Part shown: positions 1 to 8,857 of the stretch, in pieces
Layout of the letters: each line of letters starts with the position of its first letter
Numbering within the stretch: position 1 is the stretch's first letter
From: Campylobacterota bacterium
GTDB taxonomy: Bacteria; Campylobacterota; Campylobacteria; Campylobacterales; Sulfurimonadaceae
Assembly: GCA_034717975.1 (NCBI GenBank)
Contig: JAYEMF010000062.1
Location: 1 to 16,281, forward strand
Direction: 5' to 3'
Length of the DNA stretch: 16,281 nucleotides
Translations under genes and position numbers: made by a program
The notes under the pieces: model-generated
Database searches by the model: none
Seen by the model: the letters and a program-made list of their open reading frames with translations, nothing else
What the model was told of the DNA's origin: nothing

Positions 1-2
1 TA

Positions 3-1109
3 GTTACGCAGCGTCTTAATAAAATCATGCGTAAAGAGGATACTCTTGCTCGTTTAGGTGGTGATGAGTTTACTGTTATCATGGAAGATTTGAAGCAAGG
101 GCAAAATGCATCACTGTTGGCACAGAAAATTCTTGAAGTTCTGGCTAAGCCTATTGCTTTTGAAAATAATTTACTTTATGTATCTGGCAGTATAGGTATC
201 AGTCTCTGCCCTGATGATGGCGATTCTGCTCAAGAACTTCTAAAATATGCTGACGCTGCTATGTATAAAGCTAAAGAGGAAGGAAAAAACAACTTTCAGT
301 TTTATAGTGTAGAGATGACAAAACTGGCATTTGAGAGAGTTGCGATGGAGAGTGCTCTTAGGGAGGCACTTAAAGATGGTGACTTCGTGGTCTATTATCA
401 GCCACAGGCAAATTGTGATATGAGTGAACTTGTGGGGGTGGAAGCGCTTGTTAGATGGCAACACCCTACTATGGGATTAATCTCTCCTGCCAAGTTTATT
501 CCTCTGGCCGCATCTACCGGACTTATAGTTGAATTAGACAGATTTGTTATGAGAACAGCAATGACACAGATAGCCAAGTGGTACGCAAAAGGCTTAAACC
601 CTGGTGTCTTAGCCGTTAACCTTACTATGAGACAGCTTCAGCAGAAAGATTTTATAAGTATGTTTGATAGCATGCTGAAAGAGACTGAATGCAAGCCGGA
701 ATGGATTGAACTTGAGATAACTGAGGATCAGATCATGAGAAACCCGGAAAAAGCCATAAAAACTCTAAACCTGATTCGCGATATCGGTATAGAGTTGGCA
801 GTGGATGACTTTGGAACAGGTTACTCCTCTCTCTCCTATCTTAAAAAATTACCTATCAATAAGTTGAAAATTGACCAGTCATTTGTACGAGAATTACCTG
901 ATGATGAAGAGGATTCTGCCATTACAAGAGCTGTTATTGCCTTGGCGGAAAGTTTAAATCTTAAAATTATTGCCGAAGGTGTTGAAACAAAAGAGCAGAA
1001 AGAGTTTTTAGTGGAGAATGGCTGTAAAAACATTCAAGGTTATTTTTATGGCAGACCAATGTCAGCAAATGAGATGGAAGGTGTTCTTTCAAGAGGTCTT
1101 GACTCGTAG
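3..1109 (+). CDS. Diguanylate cyclase/phosphodiesterase (GGDEF-EAL hybrid), 5'-truncated by the window edge
   Basis: The frame is open from position 3 (VTQRLNKI-MRKED...). Motifs present: RxxD (RKED) five residues before GGDEF, ADAAMYKAK..GKN, EALVRW, ELEITE, DDFGTGYSSLSYL, KID, AEGVE, QGY. Confidence 0.95.
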   Translation, partial: VTQRLNKIMRKEDTLARLGGDEFTVIMEDLKQGQNASLLAQKILEVLAKPIAFENNLLYVSGSIGISLCPDDGDSAQELLKYADAAMYKAKEEGKNNFQFYSVEMTKLAFERVAMESALREALKDGDFVVYYQPQANCDMSELVGVEALVRWQHPTMGLISPAKFIPLAASTGLIVELDRFVMRTAMTQIAKWYAKGLNPGVLAVNLTMRQLQQKDFISMFDSMLKETECKPEWIELEITEDQIMRNPEKAIKTLNLIRDIGIELAVDDFGTGYSSLSYLKKLPINKLKIDQSFVRELPDDEEDSAITRAVIALAESLNLKIIAEGVETKEQKEFLVENGCKNIQGYFYGRPMSANEMEGVLSRGLDS

Positions 1110-1239
1110 AAGAGTAATGGGGACAGGCTGCTTCAACTTTAACTTACGATACTTTTACAACTTTTTGAATGATATTTTGATCTGTGGATTTCTGTATCGA
1201 AGGGCATGTCGATCCGGCTCGAACTTGGTACGGTGAATT

Positions 1240-1248
1240 TGCTATAAT
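1240..1248 (+). promoter_or_regulatory. Extended -10 element for the antiporter gene
   Basis: TGCTATAAT (TGnTATAAT) about 70 bp upstream of ATG 1320; GAGGA Shine-Dalgarno-like sequence just before the ATG. Confidence 0.6.
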
Positions 1249-1319
1249 GATTGTACTTTAAACTTGAAGTGGTGTATTTAAATACGAATTTGAGTCCTGA
1301 ACAGGGCTGAGGAACAGTA

Positions 1320-2918
1320 ATGGATTTTGAATGGGTTGCAATCGCAATGGGAGATGTTACGTGGATCTCTCTTGCTTTTTTTCTGGGCTTCCTGGCCAGG
1401 CTCATTACTCTGCCGCCATTGGTGGGTTTCCTGGCAACCGGTTTCATCCTCAATTATCTGGGTATCGCAAGTGGGGAGGTGCTGGAGAAGCTGGCTGATC
1501 TTGGTATTACCCTGCTGCTGTTCACCGTTGGTCTAAAGCTGAACCTGAAGGTATTGATAAGGCCACAGGTCTGGTCGGTGACTGCGCTGCATATTTCAGT
1601 CATCATCGCCCTCTTCGGAGCGGCTGTTTTTGGTCTGGCCTTGATGGGTGCGCCGCTCTTCTACGGTCTGGACCTTAAACTTTCACTGATGATTGCCTTT
1701 GCATTGAGCTTTTCCAGCACCGTTTTTGTGGTCAAGTCGCTGGAGGAGAAGGGGGAGATGAAGTCCCTCCATGGACGGATCGCTATTGGTATTCTGGTTA
1801 TGCAGGATCTGGCTGCGGTTATCTTTCTGGCAGCATCCACAGGAAAGATCCCTTCGCTCTGGGCGCTACTGCTGTTTCTACTCATTCCGCTACGACCGCT
1901 GTTCCACCATCTGTTACAAAAGACAGGTCATGGGGAACTGTTGATTCTGTATGGACTGGTCCTTGCCCTGGGCGGAGCCGAACTCTTTGAACTGGCTGGA
2001 GTGAAGGGTGACCTCGGTGCTCTTATCATGGGAGTGCTGATATCAACCCACCTCAAATCACATGAGATGGCCAAATCGATGCTGGGTTTCAAGGATCTGT
2101 TTCTGGTGGGCTTCTTCCTCTCCATCGGTATGTCAGGCCACCTCTCACTTGAGGCGCTGATCATCGGGGTCATGCTCGTACCTTTTATCTTCGTCAAATC
2201 GGCACTCTTTTTTGCGCTGATGACCCGTTTCAAATTGCGGGCACGGACTTCGTTGTTGGCAACATTGAACCTGACCAACTACAGTGAATTCGGCCTGATC
2301 GTGGCTGCGATTGGCGTATCGAATGGCTGGCTGGACGGTGAATGGCTGGTCGTGATTGCCATCGCTCTTTCCCTCTCTTTTGTTGTTGCCGCCCCGTTAA
2401 ATGACATTGATGACAGAATCTATAGCCGGTTCAGAGAGTTCTGGATTAGGTTTCAGCGCAAAGAGAGGCTTCCCGATGACATGCTGCTGGATACGCTTGG
2501 TGCAACCATCGCTGTCTTTGGTATGGGCAGGGTAGGCAGCGGTGCCTATGATAAAATGCACGAACTCCATGGGGACACTGTGGTCGGCATTGACTTTGAT
2601 GCAGAATTGATCAAAAGGCACCAGTCAGCGGGGCGCAAAGTTCTGCACGGCGATCCGAGCGATGCGGACTTCTGGGAAAAAATAGAACGAACCCATACCA
2701 TTGAACTTGTCATGCTGTCACTGCCGAATCTTCAAGCCAACCTGGATGCCCTGGAACAACTGCGGGGGATATCTTTTCCCGGACGCATTGCCGCGACGGC
2801 AAGGTACACGGATGAGGAGGAGCGATTGCGTCACTCAGGTGCAACAGCCGTGTTCAATATCTACACAGAAGCTGGCAGTGGATTTGCTGATCACGTTAAC
2901 ATTCATAACGATCTCTGA
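1320..2918 (+). CDS. Kef-type cation:proton antiporter (CPA2 family) with C-terminal TrkA-N/RCK domain
   Basis: Long hydrophobic N-terminal region with LPPLVGFL, GITLLLFTVGL, LSFSST, GILVMQD and SEFG motifs. C-terminal Rossmann-like GMGRVG and HGD motifs. Confidence 0.92.
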   Translation: MDFEWVAIAMGDVTWISLAFFLGFLARLITLPPLVGFLATGFILNYLGIASGEVLEKLADLGITLLLFTVGLKLNLKVLIRPQVWSVTALHISVIIALFGAAVFGLALMGAPLFYGLDLKLSLMIAFALSFSSTVFVVKSLEEKGEMKSLHGRIAIGILVMQDLAAVIFLAASTGKIPSLWALLLFLLIPLRPLFHHLLQKTGHGELLILYGLVLALGGAELFELAGVKGDLGALIMGVLISTHLKSHEMAKSMLGFKDLFLVGFFLSIGMSGHLSLEALIIGVMLVPFIFVKSALFFALMTRFKLRARTSLLATLNLTNYSEFGLIVAAIGVSNGWLDGEWLVVIAIALSLSFVVAAPLNDIDDRIYSRFREFWIRFQRKERLPDDMLLDTLGATIAVFGMGRVGSGAYDKMHELHGDTVVGIDFDAELIKRHQSAGRKVLHGDPSDADFWEKIERTHTIELVMLSLPNLQANLDALEQLRGISFPGRIAATARYTDEEERLRHSGATAVFNIYTEAGSGFADHVNIHNDL

Positions 2919-2973
2919 GAGTGGCTTGACTTCCGCAAGAGGTCTAATCTTCTTCCAAACTTTATCATTCCCG

Positions 2974-3840
2974 TTAAGTTGATGATGGAACATAAACCAG
3001 CACGTCAAGAGGAGACCTCTGTACCAAATAGGATGCGGTTGATCCAAATACAAAAGAGTTGAGATTATCGACACCCTTGGAACCCAAGACAAGCAGATCA
3101 GCCTTATCATCTCTAATATAGGCCAGTAGATCTTCATTGATCGATGCTTTAAAATCCATCAGTGCCGTCTCTCCCCCGCCAATCTCTTTCACAAACGTCT
3201 CCAATGCCCTTTTTGCCTTAATCGCCATCTCTTTTCTCAGGGCCTGCCGCTGCTCATCACTGATGCGATAGGTCATGGCCTGCAGTTCACTGATGGTCTC
3301 GGCAGCATAAAGGTATTTTCGGGAAGGTTTGGTAAAGAGTGCATTGGCAAAGAGAATGCTCTCTTTGGAGTAATCTGACATGTTTGTCGGCGCAATCATC
3401 TTTTGATAGATATCCTTGACCTCATTTTTGACAATGAGTACCGGAATATGGGTATTTTGAATAAGCTTTATCGTAGTGGATCCAAAATAGTCGCTGTCGA
3501 TATCACTCTTTCCGTGAGAGCCTACAACGAGCAGGTCGGCTCTGGTCTTTTGTGCCTCGAGCAGGATATTATCCGCTGCTGATCCGGAGAGCACAAAGAG
3601 GGCATAGGTGACATTTGCCTGCTTGTTAAGCCGATCGATCTGCTCTGTGATCTTTTTCTTGATCTCATCCTCATCTACAGATTGTAAAAATGGAAGTTCT
3701 ATTAGAGGGGTTTCTATGACATGTATAACCATAAGCGGGGCATCTTTTTTCTTTGCAATGGAAATAGCACGCTTGAGGGCCTCTTCCGCCATAGCCGACC
3801 TGTCAATAGCGACCAATATCTGTTTAATCTGTCTCATCAT
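2974..3840 (-). CDS. Universal stress protein with two tandem USP domains
   Basis: Starts with ILVAIDRS. Both domains carry the G-2x-G-9x-G(S/T) ATP-binding motif (GSHG-KSDIDSDYF-GST and GSKG-VDNLNSFVF-GST). AGGAG RBS upstream. Confidence 0.92.
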   Translation of the reverse strand: MMRQIKQILVAIDRSAMAEEALKRAISIAKKKDAPLMVIHVIETPLIELPFLQSVDEDEIKKKITEQIDRLNKQANVTYALFVLSGSAADNILLEAQKTRADLLVVGSHGKSDIDSDYFGSTTIKLIQNTHIPVLIVKNEVKDIYQKMIAPTNMSDYSKESILFANALFTKPSRKYLYAAETISELQAMTYRISDEQRQALRKEMAIKAKRALETFVKEIGGGETALMDFKASINEDLLAYIRDDKADLLVLGSKGVDNLNSFVFGSTASYLVQRSPLDVLVYVPSST

Positions 3841-3963
3841 CTTTCTCCTGTTTGGTTTGTCTGAGGGAAACGTAAATCTTTAGGGCACCTCTAAAGGAAA
3901 TAAGAGGAAGTGGAAGCTTCCACAGTTTTCCGGCAGTTGATACATGGAATATTTCTACTGCTC

Positions 3964-3971
3964 ATTATAGC
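3964..3971 (-). promoter_or_regulatory. Putative -10 element of the usp gene
   Basis: GCTATAAT on the minus strand about 125 bp upstream of the usp start. Other TATAAT copies lie nearby (+4012, -4088, +4107), so the assignment is uncertain. Confidence 0.4.
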
Positions 3972-4262
3972 GATATTGGATTATTGAGAACTCATTACGT
4001 CAAAATTAGCCTATAATCTGCAAATTTCAATGAAGGCTGCTCATATTGATTCGACTGTTAGCGGCAGATCAGCCTATTCTTGATTATAGATAAAGAGAGT
4101 TCCGGCTATAATTTTTTATCGTGATTTAAAAAGGTATCGACCTGCTATCTTATCCATTCGACGGATATGCATGGGATACATGAACAGGTTGTTTTCTAAC
4201 TCTTATGTCTTCATTTAAAGTACGCTCCACTCCCTTATCTATTGTCCTGGAAACGTTGGCTT

Positions 4263-5711
4263 ATGTTTAAAACATTAATCAGTAAATTCACGGTTCTGTT
4301 CTGGTTGCTCTTTGTGGTGGTAATCATACCAATTTACTTCTATGCCAATTTTCATTTCAGTGCTGTTTTGCAAACATCGGAAAAAGAGAAAATAACACTT
4401 ACCTTCAATACACTCAAACCAATGATTGCACTCAATCTCTCATTTAATCAACAAGAGTTTCTCGAAGAGACGTTGAACAGTTTTTTTGAACATCACGATA
4501 TTCAAACGATTCAGCTGAACTCGATTCACGGGGAAACGTTCTTTTTTAAGAGCAAACAGAACGGTACTCCCAAAAAGAGTTTTCTGTATGAAAGCACGAT
4601 TCTGGACCCTTTTAGCAATGCGGAAGTGGCAACGGCTACCGTAACGTATACCAATGAGCATTTAGAGCATTTAATGAGTAATATACTCCTACTGCTTTTT
4701 CTGATCTTTGGTTTTGCACTGATCATCTTCCTGCTCGGTTTTTACTATCTGCACGATGATCTCAAGGGATTGCGCTTACTCTCTGAGAGGCTGAAACAAT
4801 ATACGGTCACCAAGGATCTTGAAGTGACCGATATACCGGGAAAAAGCCTTGAGGTTCGTACGATTGCCACGGTTGCCAACCAGATGGTCAGCAATCTCTC
4901 CAATTATGTGCGACAGCTTAAATTATTCAACCAGGAGCTTGAACAGCGTGTAGAGGATGCCGTCATCAAACAGCGTGATCAAGAGCGTTTGATGATCCAT
5001 CAGTCGCGTCAGGCCGCTATGGGGGAGATGCTCGAATCGATTGCCCACCAGTGGCGTCAGCCGCTCAATAATATTGGACTGGCAGCCAGTAACATCGAAA
5101 CGAAATATGCTTTCGGTTCGCTCAACGACAAAGAGTTTGATGATAAGATGCAGATCATCTCTGCCAACATCAATTACATGTCAGATACCATTGATGATTT
5201 CCGAAACTTTCTCAACCCGGACGGGGTGATGCATACGTTTATCCCAGAGCAGAGTATTCAGGATATTTTCATGATTCTCGACGCTCAGCTGCAAAACAAC
5301 AATATTGCCCATACGATTAAAAGCAGTTGTCATCTTCAGCTGCATGGCACTGAAAACGAGTTCAAACAGGTTCTGCTTATTCTGATCAACAATGCCAAAG
5401 ATGCCATTAAAGGGCAGATGTCACAGAAGCGTATCGATAAAGGGGCCATCACCATTTCACTCAGCTGCATGGAAGGTCATGGCATCATCGAAGTGAGTGA
5501 TAACGGAGGGGGTATAGACGAAAAGATCCTCCACTCCATCTTTGAACCCTATTTCACTACGAAGTTCCAAAACAAGGGGACCGGTATAGGGCTTTATATG
5601 GCAAGAAATATTATTGAAAAAAGAATGGAAGGCTCATTGACCATGAAGAACATCAAATCGGGCAGCTGTTTTACCATAAAACTGCCTATGCAAGAGGAGG
5701 AGAGTTCATGA
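4263..5711 (+). CDS. Membrane-bound sensor histidine kinase (2 TM helices, periplasmic sensor, HisKA, HATPase_c)
   Basis: H-box IAHQWRQPL, N-box LINNAKDA, G1 DNGGGI, F-box IFEPYFTTK, G2 GTGIGL. Two hydrophobic helices flank a periplasmic segment of about 110 aa. ATG 4263 is preferred over TTG 4242, but the start is uncertain. Confidence 0.93.
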   Translation: MFKTLISKFTVLFWLLFVVVIIPIYFYANFHFSAVLQTSEKEKITLTFNTLKPMIALNLSFNQQEFLEETLNSFFEHHDIQTIQLNSIHGETFFFKSKQNGTPKKSFLYESTILDPFSNAEVATATVTYTNEHLEHLMSNILLLLFLIFGFALIIFLLGFYYLHDDLKGLRLLSERLKQYTVTKDLEVTDIPGKSLEVRTIATVANQMVSNLSNYVRQLKLFNQELEQRVEDAVIKQRDQERLMIHQSRQAAMGEMLESIAHQWRQPLNNIGLAASNIETKYAFGSLNDKEFDDKMQIISANINYMSDTIDDFRNFLNPDGVMHTFIPEQSIQDIFMILDAQLQNNNIAHTIKSSCHLQLHGTENEFKQVLLILINNAKDAIKGQMSQKRIDKGAITISLSCMEGHGIIEVSDNGGGIDEKILHSIFEPYFTTKFQNKGTGIGLYMARNIIEKRMEGSLTMKNIKSGSCFTIKLPMQEEESS

Positions 5712-7684
5712 GAATTACCATCTTACTGCTTATGAGCCTGTGGCTCCTGGCTTCCGAACATGATACACTCGATCTGCTGGAAGATCTGCAAGATGCTTCG
5801 GAAATCGCCACACGTACCAAACTAAACATTGATAAAACTCCGGCCGTCGTCTCGGTCCTCCATGCCGACCAACTGAAGAAACTGGGCATCGTCAATCTTT
5901 TTGAAGCGCTCGAAACGGTACCCGGTATCGAGACTTCGATGGGAACCGCCGGTGCCAAGCAGATCAATATGCGCGGCAACAAATCGACCGTCAGTGACAA
6001 GCTGAAGCTGATGATCAACGGGATAAGCGTCAACACGGAAGTAACCGGTGCCAGTTTTTTCTACCTTGATATGCCGATCGAGATTATCAAACGGATCGAA
6101 GTGATCCGCGGTCCCTCTTCGGCTTTGTATGGTTCGTTCGCGCACATCGGTGTCATCAACGTGATTACAAAAGAGAACAGTGACGAGGCTGGATTGCTCT
6201 TTGGTAACGCCAGTTCGGAAGGGTATGGCAGTGCCGGTTTTGTTCAGAGTGTGCAAACGGAGAGGGTGAGTGTCCGCCTGGACGGGTTTTACCTCGAGAA
6301 TGACAACTCCCGAAGTTATGGCCCCTATGACGGGATTCCGACACAGACGGAGTTCACTTCGTATGAAGACTTCACCAACGTTTCACTCGGCGCCAACCTC
6401 CGTTTCAGTGATGACCTTTCCCTTCAGGCGAGATGGCTTGAACTGGATCTTTCAAATCATTTCGGATATAACGAGTGGCCGATCAACGAAGATCCAAAAA
6501 GCCTGACAAGCACCTCTATCATCAGTGAACTACGTTATACACCAAAGTTAACAGCTGAATCGTCACTTGATATAAAAGCCGGTTATAAGCGCTATGGCAT
6601 CGAAGGCGGATCACGACTCCTGCCGCTTCCTCTATTGGATTTGGCACCTGTTGACCTCGTAGCCTGCGGTGTTATTAACGAAGAAGTGTTTTATGCCGAT
6701 GCAGCCATAAACTATAAGTTGGACGATCATCAGCTATTAGGCGGTATCTACTTAGGCAGAAGCGAAATTACAGATACCAGTTATGGGGCCAACGATCCAT
6801 CTACAGGTTCCGAAGCCATTACGCAACCTTTATCTATCATTGATGATGGCATAACACGCCGTCACTATGCCCTTTATCTGCATGACATCTATACGGTTTC
6901 CGATAAGTGGATGTTAAATGTCGGTGCACGTTATGACCACTACAGTGATACCGATTCAAATGTTGCACCCAAAGTTGCTCTGCTCTACAGCCATAATGAG
7001 TCTGAGAGTTACAAGCTGATGTACCAGCGCTCATTCAGGGCACCGACATTTATGGAGTTGACCGGCAAACAGGCACCGTTAATCGGTAATGCATCCCTTG
7101 AGATGGAGACGATCGATACGGTTGAGTTCGCCTATAACCATGTCACCGTGTTTGACAACCGCTTTTCGGTCAACCTTTACTACTCCGAAATGCAGGATTT
7201 TATCGAGAGTGACGGCAGCCTTCAATATGTCAACGGCGAGGATATCCGCTCCTACGGTGCAGAGCTGGAGTGGTTCTATCCGCTGAGTGAGACCGCTTCG
7301 CTGCAGAGCAACTATAGCTATATCAGGGCGAAGGAGAAAGATGGTGATGACCTGCCGTTTTTCGCCAACCACCTGGCCAATGTGCTTCTCTCCAAAACGT
7401 GGCACCGCAACTGGCACAGCGGCACTACCCTGCGTTATGTAGGAGAACGCGAACGTGAAGCGGCAGACCCGCGGGCAGATCTCGACAGTTATACCCGGTT
7501 TGACCAGGCCGTCACCTATACCTACAAAACACTCACTCTTCAGGCGACTGTGAAAAACCTTTTTGATGAGGATATCCGTTGTCCGTCCAAGCTGGGAACT
7601 CTTCCTGCTACAGGAACATATGTGAACGATTTTCCGCGTGACGGCCGTACATTCTGGTTCTCTGTCGAATGGAAATTGCCGTGA
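5708..7684 (+). CDS. TonB-dependent outer-membrane receptor
   Basis: Signal peptide MRITILLLMSLWLLA; plug motifs TPAVVSV and IKRIEVIRGPSSALYG...GVINVITK; barrel motifs GARYDHYSD, SFRAPTF, VKNLFDE and GRTFW. Start overlaps the kinase stop (ATGA) and has a GGAGGAG RBS. Confidence 0.93.
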   Translation: MRITILLLMSLWLLASEHDTLDLLEDLQDASEIATRTKLNIDKTPAVVSVLHADQLKKLGIVNLFEALETVPGIETSMGTAGAKQINMRGNKSTVSDKLKLMINGISVNTEVTGASFFYLDMPIEIIKRIEVIRGPSSALYGSFAHIGVINVITKENSDEAGLLFGNASSEGYGSAGFVQSVQTERVSVRLDGFYLENDNSRSYGPYDGIPTQTEFTSYEDFTNVSLGANLRFSDDLSLQARWLELDLSNHFGYNEWPINEDPKSLTSTSIISELRYTPKLTAESSLDIKAGYKRYGIEGGSRLLPLPLLDLAPVDLVACGVINEEVFYADAAINYKLDDHQLLGGIYLGRSEITDTSYGANDPSTGSEAITQPLSIIDDGITRRHYALYLHDIYTVSDKWMLNVGARYDHYSDTDSNVAPKVALLYSHNESESYKLMYQRSFRAPTFMELTGKQAPLIGNASLEMETIDTVEFAYNHVTVFDNRFSVNLYYSEMQDFIESDGSLQYVNGEDIRSYGAELEWFYPLSETASLQSNYSYIRAKEKDGDDLPFFANHLANVLLSKTWHRNWHSGTTLRYVGEREREAADPRADLDSYTRFDQAVTYTYKTLTLQATVKNLFDEDIRCPSKLGTLPATGTYVNDFPRDGRTFWFSVEWKLP

Positions 7685-8217
7685 TAAAAAGAGCCTTTCT
7701 ACTCTTTTTACTCCTCTCTACGCTGCTCTTAGCGAAGCAGTATGACACTACCATTATGGCTATTGAAGCAAAACTATTTCCTAAAATAGCACTGCTTGAG
7801 CAGCATATTAAAGACAATAAATCCCCGACCCTCGAAATCACCATTTTGGCAATCGAGACCGATTACCATGCCGCGGAACGCTTTAAAAAGCAGATCGAAT
7901 CAACCTATCCAAAGGGAATTGCAGAGCGAAAACTTCGTGTGAACATTTCGAAGTTCAGACCGGATCATATGGAGAAGCCAGATGCCGTTATTGTCTTGTC
8001 CCACCGGCCTGAAGAGTTGAAAGCCATTGCCTCCTGGGCCAACCGGAATCAGATAGTAAGTTTTTCGTACGACCCATTTAACTTAAGTTACGGACTCCTC
8101 ATATCCATCTACTTCGGACAGTCGGCAAAACCCTATCTGAATCGAAAAGTCATCCATGAAAACAGATTTGTTTTTGATCACTACCTGCTCAAACTCTCTA
8201 AATTTTACAATAGGTAA
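7681..8217 (+). CDS. Secreted periplasmic protein, YfiR/HmsC (DUF4154)-like
   Basis: GTG 7681 overlaps the receptor stop (GTGA) and gives a clean signal peptide (IKRAFLLFLLLSTLLLA). Length is about 180 aa. The C-terminus YLNRKVIHENRFVFDHYLLKLSKF resembles the YfiR-family IN..aa...gl.i...LLkLa pattern (by eye). Confidence 0.6.
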   Translation: MIKRAFLLFLLLSTLLLAKQYDTTIMAIEAKLFPKIALLEQHIKDNKSPTLEITILAIETDYHAAERFKKQIESTYPKGIAERKLRVNISKFRPDHMEKPDAVIVLSHRPEELKAIASWANRNQIVSFSYDPFNLSYGLLISIYFGQSAKPYLNRKVIHENRFVFDHYLLKLSKFYNR

Positions 8218-8234
8218 GCGATCCTTCATCTTCT

Positions 8235-8747
8235 TCACTCAAACTCTCTGTCCAACTCTTTAAGAGCCTCGTCCGATCGATGGATTGAGAGCTCTTTTTG
8301 TATGTTTTTTAATCGTTCTGTCTGGTAGGTGAGAATAGTCTGCTTTGGGATGCATGCTTTGACGAAAGTAATATCGGCATTGTCTTCGTGTTTGACTTTG
8401 ACATAATGAAGATTGGAATCCACAAAGATCGGTAGCTTGACATCTTTGGAAAAATACTCCAGCATTTTATCCTCTTTGGGGGTCGTGCTGTTTTTGTAGT
8501 GTTGGTAGATACTCCTGTCGATCAGTTGACTGATTTTTGTCTGCATCTGTTTTTGAGCTGCAGTTTTAGCTTTCTCAATGCTCTCAAGCTTGCCATACTC
8601 ATAGGTAAAAGCACACATCTCATCGGCGCTCTCCTGATAGTACCATGAGGGTGCATTGTCGATGTCATACTCTGTTGTCGAGTAGAGATACTGATCAAAG
8701 AGAAAGGACGCCAGGGTCTTTAACAGTGCCAAGCCAAGCTCAACCAT
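8235..8747 (-). CDS. Hypothetical protein (170 aa), weak LPP20-like resemblance
   Basis: AAGGAG RBS; hydrophobic N-terminus without a lipobox; APSWY motif followed by an A/K-rich helix; TAAGAT -10 candidate at 8828-8823. Confidence 0.75.
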   Translation of the reverse strand: MVELGLALLKTLASFLFDQYLYSTTEYDIDNAPSWYYQESADEMCAFTYEYGKLESIEKAKTAAQKQMQTKISQLIDRSIYQHYKNSTTPKEDKMLEYFSKDVKLPIFVDSNLHYVKVKHEDNADITFVKACIPKQTILTYQTERLKNIQKELSIHRSDEALKELDREFE

Positions 8748-8857
8748 TATTTGCTCCTTTTATGATTTTTACCGCATATAGATCATTTGTCTGAAAAGAG
8801 ACAGATTTCTTAGTTTTAAATCATCTTACCCAAATAATAACTTTAGACAACTAAAAG

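Noticed and set aside
1320..2918. Naming the antiporter kefB or kefC
   Set aside because: No HALESDIEP-type regulatory loop and no kefF/kefG partner gene; only the family can be supported.
4113..4262. Riboswitch (cobalamin or c-di-GMP) upstream of the kinase-receptor operon
   Set aside because: Only short stems (ACCTG/CAGGT, TATCC/GGATA) and no recognisable consensus. An Rfam scan would be decisive.
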